Source: the human T2T-CHM13v2.0 reference genome, Homo sapiens. Taken from it: DNA of 64,000 nt. Of this stretch, positions 39,888 through 52,237 are shown one piece after another. Position numbers and translations under genes: made by a program. The stretch lies in NCBI RefSeq assembly GCF_009914755.1, contig NC_060938.1. The stretch is one strand, 5' to 3'. A model generated the notes under the pieces. It did not search any database. It was given only the letters and a program-made list of their open reading frames with translations, and was not told the origin of the DNA. Position 1 is the stretch's first letter, and each line of letters opens with the position of its first letter.

Positions 39888-40025
39888 ATCTAGTCAACAA
39901 ACATTTTCTGTAAAGGGTCATACAATAAATATTTTTAGCCACGTGGTTCTGTTATAATTATTCAACTCTGCTTTTGTAGTCTGTGGTCATATTTGGCCCA
40001 TGAGCTGTAGTTTGCCTACCCCTGA
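39888..40025. mobile_element. MER58-like hAT element inserted in the ERVL RT
   Basis: 'caaacattttctgtaaaggg...tttggcccatgagctgtagtttgcctacccctg'. Confidence 0.7.
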
Positions 40026-40500
40026 CTTAAAAACAAAGTGTTTTCCAGATTAGTAGCTGCATATAAAACGCCAAAGACCATGTTGATCTTTTTCATGAAA
40101 GGTACCACATTTTGTCTCCAATGACCCATATGTTTTTTTCAGGATACACATAAACCAACTGAATAGGGATATGATGAGACCACCACACCTTCATCCTTTA
40201 AATCTTTAATGTGTAATAAAGATTTACACATTAAAAGAATTACACATTGTGTAATTCCTTTTAGGATGCAGATTGCTTCTTATTTACCATATAGGGCATG
40301 GATGTGTACATAGGGGTGTGTGTGTGTGTGCACGCATTTGTGTATATGTAGGAGGAGAAGGAATTGCAGAAATTTCAGGGGTTTCCACAGAGCCCTTGCT
40401 ACCATGATGGCCCTTAATCTACAAGTCGGAGAAACAATGGGAGGGTTCTGCCAGATGCTTAAAATAACTGTGTATTTGGAGACTAGAAAAATAACTGAGA

Positions 40501-40736
40501 ATTTTTGTCCTTGCGATTGAACAATGAGAACACATGGGCACAGGAAGTGGAACATCACACACCGGGGACAGTTGTGGGGTGGGGGGAGGGGGGAGGGATA
40601 GCATTAGGAGATATACCTAATGATAAATGATGAGTTAATGGGTGCAGCACACCAACATGGCACATGTATACATATGTAACAAACCTGCACGTTGTGCACA
40701 TGTACCCTAAAACTTAAAGTATAATAATAAAAAAAA
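40501..40736 (+). mobile_element. Short L1PA 3' end with a 5' inversion
   Basis: L1PA 3'UTR plus A-tail; 16-bp TSD AGAAAAATAACTGAGA (40485-40500 and 40737-40752). Confidence 0.92.
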
Positions 40737-41570
40737 AGAAAAATAACTGAGATAAACTTGAGCTAACATTTCATTTATCACCTAGCTTCCATATACCCAC
40801 TCTAACTGGAATTCCATGATGAAGACTTGAGTCCACTAGCATCGGAAAACTCGGATCCCATATTTAACAGTGCTCAAAAACAAATATACGTACTGCCTTC
40901 CCCAGTGTACAATAGTCTATCAATGGCCACAGGTCCCTTTTGGGAAGGATTACAAGGAATATTTCATATTTATATATATTTTTTCAATAGCATTGCAATG
41001 TTATTCCTTAAGGGAACTCAGTCTCCTTTTCAATTAGTGGGTTCTAGGTCTACAAAATAACTTAAATTTTGAAACTGGAAGAAAGACTACAGATTTCATT
41101 GCGGTGACTGATGTTAACACTTCTATTCTGTAGTTCTCCATTTTTTAAAATAAAATAGTGCAAGTCAGCAATCCTTGTCAGCAGTCTAGCTATCTCACAC
41201 CTAAGAACACCATGGTCTATTAGCCAACACCAAAGATCCCCATTAGGGCATTTTGATTGACAGCCTGACCTTAGTGCTCATTATAGACATTATGTCCACC
41301 ATGTTTCTTATAGTTCAACTATCAGAATCCCAAGCTCTGCCACTCTGGAATCCTGTCATCCCTGCTGATAATATACAGCCCAATTTAATGGCAGCATCTC
41401 CAACCCTCAGTCCTTTTACAAAGACAATTTCCATTAAACTTCTAAACAATTGTCTGTACCCTCTGACCACCGCATTCCTTATTTCTTTGGTTAATGGAAG
41501 ATATTCTGTGTTCCCTCAATGAACACAGCCGGGTGATATGTTTTTAGATGTTACATAATAAATTAATTCT

Positions 41571-42043
41571 TTTTTTTAATTATTATTATACTTTTAAGTT
41601 TTAGGGTACATGTGCACATTGTGCAGGTTAGTTACATATGTATAGATGTGACATGCTGGTGCGCTGCACCCACTAACTCGTCATCTAGCATTAGGTATAT
41701 CTCCCAATGCTATCCCTCCCCCCTCCCCCACCCCACAACAGTCCCCAGAGTGTGATATTCCCCTTCCTGTGTCCATGTGATCTCATTGTTCAATTCCCAC
41801 CTATGAGTAAGAATATGCGGTGTTTGGTTTTTTGTTCTTGCAATAGTTTACTGAGAATGATGATTTCCAATTTCATCCATGTCCCTACAAAGGACATGAA
41901 CTCATCATTTTTTATGGCTGCATAGTATTCCATGGTGTATATGTGCCACATTTTCTTAATCCAGTCTATCATTGTTGGACATTTGGGTTGGTTCCAAGTC
42001 TTTGCTATCGTGAATAATGCCGCAATAAACATACGTGTGCATG
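41571..42043 (-). mobile_element. Young L1PA2-like 3' end
   Basis: Near-consensus 3'UTR; diagnostic triplet reads GAG (GCTAGATGACGAG); flanking direct repeat TGTTACATAATAAATTAATTCT. Confidence 0.9.
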
Positions 42044-43049
42044 TGTTACATAATAAATTAATTCTAACAGCCCCATCTTTAGGATCCTTCTGATCCTTTC
42101 TTCAATACTATACATCAAGAAAGTCCTAGCATCTCTACCTCATTTACTGAAGGCCATCATCCTGTATAAGCTTAAAGAATCCATCCAAACAGATTTTCAG
42201 AATCATCTTGAGATATTTCCAAAGCATTGAAATCCAAGTGATGAATGAGCTCTCCCTTGCTGAAAATGCTCCCTACGCAGCCTTATATCTGTCTTCCCAC
42301 TCCAGGCCAATGCTCTCTAGATCTACTTCCACATGTGTTCCAGGTCCTGAAAATCCTTTTCAGTATAGACTATTCCTCCTGGGGCAGAGGTTGTACTTCC
42401 CTGATCAGACTGTGCTGAGACCTGACTCTGGTCATTGGCCTGAAACTAATGAGAATTGGATCTGGAAGAGAACTAGTGCCATATTGCAAAGCACCTGCCT
42501 TAAGTGGTGTCATTTCATTGCCTCCAGAAAAGGGGAGACTGTTCCCCTCAGGCAAGTTGGAATCAGTTGCTTCTGCCATCCTGGGGAGTTCAGGGTCATC
42601 TCGGAGTTCAGAACTCTCAGGATAATATACCCAAATATTCCTAATACAAGTTAGGGGTCCCACTCTTTTCCCATCAGGGCAATAACTTTGACAGATGAGA
42701 TCTGTTGGGGCTATGCCTTGAGTCACCTGTGCAGCTCTGCTACACTGAAAACTAGATGCTGGGCCTGCTTTTCAGCAGTCTGCAGGAAATAAGAGTCTCC
42801 TTCAAAGTTGCCATAGAACACTTTGACTTTTTAAGGGTGTCTTTACTTGGCAGTTGGCTGTCATGAGCTTCTCGTTTTCTTGTGCCAAGTCTTTCATTGC
42901 AGTTAAGAAACATCCCACTCAAAATTTTGTGTAATTATCATTGCCCTCATAACATTCAATTACAACATATCCCAGTGCCACATCTTCTGCCTGCACCTCA
43001 CTCCCAGTTACTCTCGGGTCAAGGGCAAAAAATTACATGGAGGTATGGG

Positions 43050-43295
43050 GTAGGAATGCAGGAAAGGAAAATGGCCATATGCAAATTGAAAACTTAGGCC
43101 TTCTGAATAAATTGGCCTAGAGATGTATTTTGTTTGGCAGGCTCAACTTCCAGAAAAACTTCTGAACTTAAATATCTTTAGGCAGAGCATGCGTTTTTCC
43201 CATTTGCCACAGTTCCTACCAATCACGACGATGTTACTCCACATATTCTCCTTCCCTGCCTGACTTCTGAGGGCATTTGGGCTTAGCATCTCTGG
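43050..43295. mobile_element. MER102-like hAT fragment
   Basis: 'tttgccacagttcctacc...gagggcatttgggcttagcatctctg'. Confidence 0.45.
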
Positions 43296-46200
43296 GTGTC
43301 AGGATCACATCTGGTAAGAAAGCATAGTGGATTTAGCTAGCTGCAAATTTTCAAGAGGAGTTACTCTCAGCAGCCTCCAGATAGGAATGCCCCATGCCTC
43401 CTGAAAACAAGTGAGCAAAGGCCCAGATTCCCTGAGCTCCTTTGAGATTTCCAGCACAGGTGAGCAGGGAAGCAACAGGGTTAGTTGATTCCCAGAACCC
43501 TGGGCACATGTTAGAAACCGCAGCAATCTCTTTTTAAGAAAATGCTTAACATTTTCAGGGGATGAGAAGGCACTGAAGTATCTTTATGCAGATGAGGTTT
43601 CATCTTGGTTCTGATTAAACAAAACGATGTTGTACCTTGTTCTCTTCCCTACCATTTTTTAGTGGCCTTCAATTTAGTCATCATTTTCCCCCATTCTCAA
43701 GTGAGATAAGAGTTAGAGTTGTTATATATCCCCGAAGCAGAGCTTGAGGTTGATTGTCTGTGCATACTGATAATATGGTAATGCCATTCTGTTAAGTGAA
43801 TGATCTAGATTTGTAAGAGATGTTGAATTTCTTAAATTCACTCTGAGATAGACAATAGATACCATAGACATTTTATTAGAAAATTTATATCATAGACATA
43901 TTTGAGGCTTACTCTGTGCCAGGCATTGTATTGGGCTCTGCTGATGCAAAGAGAGTTAAGATATGGGTTGCCGCTCTCGGGGAGTTCAGAATCTAGTAGG
44001 AAAACACATGATATATGTGAAGTCTAAGCAGAGTATTATGGAGACACCAAGGAGGGAGAGAAGGCTTCACTGAGGAAGTGACATTTGTCCTGAATCTTGA
44101 AGGATAACTTGCTCCTGAGGCAAAAGTGGGAAGATAGGATGGCAGTTCAGAACAGTGAGTTAGGGACAAGATGTGGGACTGCTTGCCCCTGTCTTACTGA
44201 GCTGCCTTTACCCCATCACTCCTGTTCAGCACCTCACTTTGGTACTACTGCAGCTACCTTCATGAACAATCTCTGATAGACTCTGCCTCCCCACACCTCT
44301 GAGATGAGCAAATTGTACCAACTGCATACAAGTAGCAAGCCAGTCACTAGTGCCCTCGACTGGGCACATGGAAGCTGGCTGAAAATCCATCCCCAACTGT
44401 AAATTTTAAGTGTAACATTATACCAAGGACATGTATCAGTAAAGTGCCTAGACATTCCTTATTTTCCCATTTTCACAAGCTTGGAGATCAATGGGCAGGA
44501 GCAGGAATAAATTACTATGTTATCACACTTTTCTGAGCATCTGGAAGAAAAGCTGTATCTGAAGAGCTGTGGGTGAACAGAATAGCTGAGTGGGTACTTG
44601 GGTGATCAGGTGTATTATCAGTGGAATAGTTATTTCATCTTTATGATGATTTGATAGTGAATGGCATTTTCTACTTCCAATGACTCCATGTTCTCAATCA
44701 GTTATATTGTACTCTGATATGCACACAATGGGATTGCCTTGGTGCTTAAAAAGTAGATGCATGGACTCCACCGTTTAAATCAGAATCTCGGAAATTGGGG
44801 CCCAGATATCTGTATTTTGAAGGCTGCTCAAAAGGTTGTCGTGTGCAACCAGGGTTGCTTACCACACTTCTAGACCAACAGAGAGATTAAAGATAGGGGA
44901 GCTTACACTCAAGGAGCAAGGACCCTTATTGGCATCTTCCCACTGTATATAGATACAGCTTCCATAACAACGACATGGAAAAATGTAATCAGAATTCTTC
45001 TTGGAGCAGCATTCCACTAGTTTGACAGAAATACAAAAATACTTTGATAAGCTGCTGGGGGTAAGGGGTGAGTCCTCTCAGGGGCATGCTTAGGAAACAA
45101 AGTAGTTCCCAAAATCTATGCATATGACAGAGAAGAATTAGATGGCCTTTGAGAGACCCAGAAGAAAATGCAAAAAGGAATAGGGAAAAAAAGGGCAAAG
45201 CAACCTGCTGTGAGCCTCCTAATCTTCCATGGCCTGAATTCCCAGCGCTTGAGGTAAGGATTTCAGTGCTGAGGGTGAATGGGCAATGTGAAGCAGGAGC
45301 CAGAGGATCAAGATTGTCTCTGCAGAGGTCTGGGTCTCAACCATGGTGATGGCTAATATGCATTGAGAGTTCTTTAGACATTCAGGAGTAGGGGGAAAGT
45401 GGAAAGATACTGTCACATTGTGACAAAAGAGAATTTGGTGATGTCGGTGGTCACCTTGGTGACAGGCTCACAGCTAGAACTGCATTTATGAGGTTCTACA
45501 GAGAGTCATTGTGACCAAAAGTCCCCCTCCAGGGTGTTAAACTCCTGGAGGATACTCATAAGCCAGGACTTCCCAAGAGTGTCCCATGGAACCTGAGTTC
45601 TAAGGACGGTACATGAAAAAAATCAACATGGGTTCCATGATCAAAGAAGTTTGGGAAATGGGCTAAATGAAAGGACTTCCAAGGCCTTTTATCTGCTAAT
45701 GAGAAAGGTGATGTTTCTAGAGGCAAGAGACAGACTGCAGCTCTCTCTGCATGCTCTCATGAAATATCTCAAAGAAACAGAATTCCTTAAGGGTCCCTTT
45801 GGGAAACACTACTGCCGGTCTATGTGTGAATGACTGGAGCCACATAGAATGTTTTGCAAGAAATAACCAGGACACACAAATGTATAAGAATACATACCGA
45901 TGCATTTTAAATTTGCCCACTTTTTCGATCAAAAACAAACAAGCGTAAGTTGTTTTCCCTTTCCATGTCCATTTCTAGAACAAGCCCTGTGAAAAACAAG
46001 CTGCTGTCCCTGCTAGAGGCATCCTGCAATCCATGGATGTTTATCACCAAGCCATTGTTAACATGAGGTAATGGCTATGCAGAATTTGTTTCACTCACCC
46101 CTTGGAACTCAGATTCCCTGTGGAGAGTTGGAGTAATATATATGAGGACAATAGGGAGCCTGAAAGTTAAGAATTCATCCTGTTGTATTTCTCCAATGGC

Positions 46201-46489
46201 ACATTCACGATGTGGCTCCATGGTTTAATGCAGACTGAAAAGCAGTTGGCATTTCACAGCAGGAGGTTAGACATGGAGTGTGCTACTGGGTCAGGGTAGC
46301 TTGACTGGATATAAGTGTGTGTGATGGATGCTGTAATGAGGTGGGAGGCAGGTGACCTGAATTTTAGTCCCAAAGATACCACACTAAACTCTTGCTATGT
46401 GACCTTAGCCAAATTCTTAGTTTTCTTATCTGTAAAATGAGGTTTAGATGGTCCTGAAACCACCCACTCATGCTCCTCCTCCTCCTCAT

Positions 46490-47108
46490 CTTTCCTGGCT
46501 GACTGGGATGATGACCATGAGGCAATGTTGGCAGCCAGGAGTAGAAAATGGCAGACTCACTAGAACATCTGAATCCCTGAAAAACAGTATCGCTGTTGCT
46601 GCTGATTAAACCTCCCCCTTGAGAAAGGAAAACATTTTTTGTAAGCTACTGGATGTTTTGGGTCCCTGTGTTTGCCATCTTCCTTATTTCATATGAGAAC
46701 TAGTACCGAAAAGTAAGCACTATAACAAACATCTAAAATGGAAGGTATTAGCTTAGCATTCAGACTGAAGGCAGGAATAAAATGGTTATGAGTGGCTAGA
46801 AAGTGAAAGCCTCATGTTATCCATGGATAACTTTAAAAATTATCATCTGTGATTATTTGGAAGGTAGACCAAGAACGTATTGAGTCTGTGGCTTTAGGGA
46901 AAGCAGGTGAAAAGAGTAGGAATATTAGTGTATGTCAACTGCTATTTGTTGTTTTTAATCAAGTGCTACAAGAAACAGATAAACTCAAGCAAGAATTGGT
47001 TAGTTTGCCAGCCAAAGTGGAACTGGAAAAAAAAATACAAAGCTTCTTGGGGCTGAAAAAACTCTTGGGTTCTATACCTCAAATACGAAAAGATAAGATT
47101 TGCAGATC

Positions 47109-47141
<33 letters not shown>

Positions 47142-48342
47142 TCCAGCCAAGTGGCAAAGATAATATCAATAAAGTTGCTTTGCCACCCAGGCTATTTTAG
47201 ACTTCAATGTGGATTCCATGATGGCGGAATAGATGGTATGCTCCAGGAAGACAAACCTTAGATCAGGTCTAGAAAAGAATTTGGGGGTTATTTACGAGCA
47301 CATGAAACTGACTGGAAACAAATAGGTCAGATACCTATCGAGTTTTTGAGAAAACCGTAATGCCCAGGAAACCACAAGCTTGAATCTGTAAAATTACCCT
47401 CATGTAACAGCAGAAAGTGGGCTCTGGGAGATGTGCAACTCCTAGTAACATACTCCTCAATATTCACCGTATAAGGGTCCATGGAGGCTAACGGACAAAA
47501 ATATTCTCCAGGAGGTCAGAGCCAAGAGACAGAGGAAAATGAGGAAGAAAGTTCCTTGCAGAGGACAGACCCAGGGTCTATCAAAACATTTTCTTCTAGG
47601 GTTTGGGGATCTTTGCAATACCTACCCTACAGGATTCCATTATTGCTCTGGACCAGGGAATTCTTTAGGCATTTTTAGTGTGGTTAGCCAGTCCACTTTT
47701 GTGTATTGAATAGGCAGATGAAGCAAAGATAACTGGTCTTTTAGTTCAAAGGATGCTGAACTTCAAGGAACTGTATCTGGACTTTCAGAAGAGGCCAGAG
47801 CATCATTTGGAGATCCTCGACTTTGATATCAACAAGTAGACAATTCAATAAGTGGACAAAATTTTGGGTTTTCTCCCCAGAGTAATATGCACGTATGTTT
47901 TATGTAAAGGATGATAGCAGCAAAAGGGGCTAACTGTGATAGAGGTTGCTAGCTACCTACTAAAAATCCATTCTCCCCTTCTTACTGGCACAGAGCTAAA
48001 CTGCATTACTCAGCCTCCCTCGCAGTGAAGTGGCCAAGTTTTCTTCAGTGAAACATGATTGCAGTGACACATGTCACCTCTACGTTTGGCCCATACAAAC
48101 CTCACACTTATCCCAATATGTTCTTTCTTTCTACTGGTTGATTGGTGTGGCAAAGCTTTGTATAACTTCTAGATGCCACATATTGAGGATGGCAGAGCTA
48201 TCCCCAAATGGCTCTATAGGGACCACTAAGTGACTGTGGAGGAGAGCTGACATCAATCCAAATCCTATTATAAAAACTTTTTGTTTTTAAGCCACTGGAA
48301 TTTGGGTTTTATTTCAACTGCAGTTCAGAATACTCTAACACA
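46490..48342 (+). mobile_element. MLT1 MaLR element (internal sequence plus 3' LTR about 47936-48342)
   Basis: PPT-like 'aaaaggggctaac|tgtg' followed by an MLT1 LTR 'ccattctccccttc...taagccactggaatttggg...ctaaca'. Confidence 0.6.
47109..47141. repeat. A9 followed by (GA)12 microsatellite
   Basis: Read directly from the sequence. Confidence 0.9.
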
Positions 48343-48499
48343 TCACTGTAAAAGTAACAATGTCTATTTATGCAGAATATGCCAACTTTTCCAAGGAAGT
48401 CCACAGTTGATCTATTGAATCTAAGAGCTTTACACTGTCTAATCTGATCATCACTCTTGGTCAGATTAGATTACATGGTCCCTTCTTATGACTATTTTA

Positions 48500-51030
48500 A
48501 ATAAATACACTCAATCTCTTCTCTCCCATCCTCTCTTCTCCTATCTTTATCTCTCTTCCCCGACTCCCCTGTTGCACTCTCCTGGCAAAACCCCAGCTCT
48601 GGTTTCATCCAACTCTACCTATGCCCACACTCACAAGTTTCCTGTGGCTAGTTTCACTTTAAACTCATGACTGCTGATGCAAAATAAATCCATAGTGCTG
48701 CCCAATAATCTCACTACATTTCCATAATTCATTCATTCATTCATTTAATCTCATGCACAGCTATTTCATACTTTCTCTTCTCTCCACAACTGTCCAGTTC
48801 CTCCTCACTCCTCTTCTTTCTCAGCTGATGAGCTAGAATTCTACTTAAATAAGAAAAAAGAAGCAATCAGGGAGAAATTTCCGTTGGTTCCCAACACTTC
48901 CTCCACTGCCTACCTGCATCTGTTCCTATGTAATTTGCCATCCCTCCTGGGTGAATTGTCTGTGCTCCTTTCTAAAGCCAAAACCTCCATATGTGCACTG
49001 GGCACATTTCCTCTTATCTACTTAAGAATCCTACTCCAACAATTCTCTCCTCTCCTGCATCATCAAAATTTCCCTCTATGCTGGATCTTTCCTTAACTCA
49101 CAGAACATCTTAATATATATCCCATCTTTCAAAACAACAACAAAAAACCCCCCAAAAATTGACTTTGCATTATCTTGCAACTACCGTCCTATTTTGTTGC
49201 TAGCTTTTATACATATATTCCTGAAAATAACTGCCTATATTCACTGTCTTCCTTTCTCTAATTTCTTTCTCTTTTGAGCCTACTCCAGGCAGGTTTTCAT
49301 ACTCACCATTTCACTGTGTTCCACCTATGACCCCAGCTACCGGGAAGGCTGAGGCAGAAGGATCGCCTAAGCCCAAGAGGTCAAAGCTTCAATGAGCTGT
49401 GTTCGTGCCACTGCACTCCAGCCTGGGCAACAGAGCGAGATTCTGTCTCAAAAAAAAATTTTTTTAAACCAACTTACATCAAGATCACCAGTGATCCTCA
49501 TCTTACCAAATCCGGTGGCCAATTACTAATCTTCAGTTTAGTCATCCTGTCAGTAGTATTTGATACAGTGTATCCTTCACTTCTTGAAATACTTTTTTCT
49601 CCATGGACTATTCTTTCTTGGTTCTTTGCTTTCCTTACTGGTCTCTCCTCCTCATCTCCCCAACCCTTAAATGTTGGAGTGCCCCAAGCTCAGTTCCTTA
49701 TGTTGATTCTTTCCCATCTGCACTCATTCTCCAGAAGATTTTGTCAAATTTTATAGGTTTTCATACCAAATCTATGCAGATGGATCCCAAATTTCTAGCT
49801 CTAAGCCAGACGTCTCAGTTGAACTCTGGGCTTGCATATCCAACTGCCTTCTTGACATCTCTACTTGGGTGTCTCATTAGTATCTTGAAATTAACATTCT
49901 TCAAAATCAAACTCCTGATTATCTTTACCCTCAAGGTTGCTCCATAAAAGTAGCTCCATTTCTCATTTATTTAAGCCCGAACCTTCATGATCTCTAGCTG
50001 TACTCTTTTCCTTACATCCTACAGCCAGTGCATCATCATATCCTGTTGCCTCCACCTCAAACCATATCCAGAATCTGACCATTTCTCATGACCCCCTTAC
50101 CATCACCTCCCACCTAGATTACTGCAATAGTAGCCTGTGGACAAAACTACTTGTTCCCTCCCTATATCCTGTGCAAATACAATTTTCATCTGGGTACTTG
50201 GTCTTCCAGAATGTAGATTATATTTCCTAACATTTCCTGTAGCTTAGTGTGACCAAGAGGATGTAATCTGAAATATCTATAGAGCCTTTAAGAGATAGCT
50301 CCAAGGTATCCTTTCTTCCTTTTTTTAAATCTGTTCTTCCATCCTGTTTTTCAGTACAGAGATGACCACTTAGACCACAGGGATACATCCTTATGTTTAT
50401 TCTTTTCCACTGTACTCATGGCAGTGAGTTGGAAGGTCTTGGGGTCCCTGAGGACTTGGTGAAACAGATCTGTCATCTACTTTTGGATTTTGATGTCTGA
50501 ATCTATAAATAAGAGAGAAACTAACTTCTACCTAAAGCCACTGTCATTTGGGTTTTCCTCTCACCACTGAACTTCATCCAAATCAATACGCTTTCTAACT
50601 GGTTCTCTTCCTGCTACTTTATAAATGATTCTCCCCACAGCATTAGCAAGAGTAGACCCTTTAAGACTCAGACTGGCTCATGCTACTCTTGTCCTCAAAG
50701 CCCTCTGGTAGCTCCTCTTCTTTCTCCCATTCTGCTCTCACCAAAGCCATTACTGGACATCTCTGTTCTTCCATGCTGTGTTGCCTGCTCCTCCTCTCCT
50801 CTCATCCGTGTCCACTCTTCATCCCATTCCTTCCATTCCAGGGCAATAATCTATGCACTGCCTTGCAAGCACATTCCTGCTGCAGGGCTATGCAATCCTT
50901 TCTTTTTCCTGAAAGCCTCTTGGCCCTGTTATGTTATGACCCACTCACTCACTTTCCTCAAGACTGTACCCAAATATTATCTTATCAAACAGGCCTTTTC
51001 CACCCACTCAGTCTAAACTATCACCGCCAC
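48500..51030 (+). mobile_element. Long decayed L2 fragment with nested Alu and MLT pieces
   Basis: 'ctcagctgatgagctagaattctacttaaataagaaaaaagaagcaatcag' resembles L2 ORF2; 'cacctagattactgcaatag'; C/T-rich L2 signature. Confidence 0.7.
49322..49458 (+). mobile_element. Alu right monomer (AluJ/FRAM-like)
   Basis: 'cccagctac...ggatcgcctaagcccaagagg...gcactccagcctgggcaacagagcgaga' plus A-tail. Confidence 0.85.
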
Positions 51031-51651
51031 CACCAGAACATATTCTGTAAAAATCAGAAGGCTCAGCTTCTTTAGAGAAAGCAACCACTATGATAAAACT
51101 GGGCCCAAATTCTCAAAGGGCAACAATGGACTTGATCCAGGGAACACCAAGGTGGGGCTTAAGGCAGCTCTAGTTATTCTTTCCATATAATTTCCATCAG
51201 GACTCTGTCCTCATTCCTTGGTATGGAGAATGGCTGTTGTGTTATATTTTTTTAATGTAAACTTCTATGCAAAGTTAGCTTCGAACACCAGTACCCCATC
51301 CCATTCTCTCCATTCCTCTTCTGCCAACCCATTCCCATTCCTGCCCAGCTAGACGGCCATCCTTCTAAATGAAAAGCATAAAGTTGCTATTGGCTAGAAA
51401 TTGGATGGCACAGGTACTTGAGAGTTTACAGTACCCCAAACTCCCTGTTTCCATGTACCTCTCTGCTTCACTAATTCATCTTTGTCTGGTTTCTAAAGGC
51501 ATATGATTAGCAGATAACACATTAGGATATTTCAGTCCTCCCAGGTTCATAGGAGAAAAATCAGAAGATTAAAAGGCACTTCGAGACCCCAAGGAATGAC
51601 TCATCAATATGGAATTCTAGATATCAAGAGACAATCATTCCACATAGTAAC

Positions 51652-52237
51652 TTTCTTTTTTTATTATTATTATTATACTTTAAGTTTTAGGGTACATGTG
51701 CACAACATGCAGGTTTGTTACATATGTCTACATGTGCCATGTTGGTGTGCTGCACCCATTAACTCATCATTTACATTAGGTATATCTCCTAATGCTGTCC
51801 CTCCCTCCTCCCCCCACCCCACAACAGGTCCCGGTGTGTGATGTTCCCCTTCCTGTGTCCAAGTGTTCTCATTGTTCAATTCCCACCTATGAGTTAGAAC
51901 ATGCAGTGTTTGGTTTTTTGACCTTGCGATAGTTTGCTGAGAATGATGGTTTCCAGCTTCATCCATGTCCCTACAAAGGACATGAACTCATGATTTTTTA
52001 CGGCTGCATAGTATTCCATGGTGTATATGTGCCACATTTTCTTAATCCAGTCTATCATTGTTAGACATTTGGGTTGGTTCCAAGTCTTTGCTATTGTGAA
52101 TAGTGCTGCAATAAACATACGTGTGCATGTGTTTTTATAGCAGCATGATTTATAATCCTTTGGGTATATATCAAGTAATGGGATGGCTGGGTCAAATGGT
52201 ATTTCTAGTTCTAGATCCCTTAGGAATCGCCACACTG
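51652..52237 (-). mobile_element. L1PA 3' end (ORF2 C-terminus plus 3'UTR)
   Basis: ORF 51894-52235 [20 protein letters not shown]...TRMFIAALFTIAKTWNQPKC. Confidence 0.95.

Larger units (their letters stand above)
36030..42950 (-). mobile_element. Decayed ERVL-class provirus (3' LTR about 36030-36681, pol and probable gag remnants) with nested insertions
   Basis: Minus-strand remnants: ITLVYCIDDVMVIG (39737-39696, RT YxDD region), LYAATNLEN (about 40070-40040) and VPHHPEAA (37672-37649, integrase); PPT-like AGAAGGTGGAC|TGTA at 36681. Confidence 0.8.

Noticed and set aside
42208-42726. 148-aa and 118-aa ORFs
   Set aside because: Lie within the decayed ERVL internal region; no intact gag motifs
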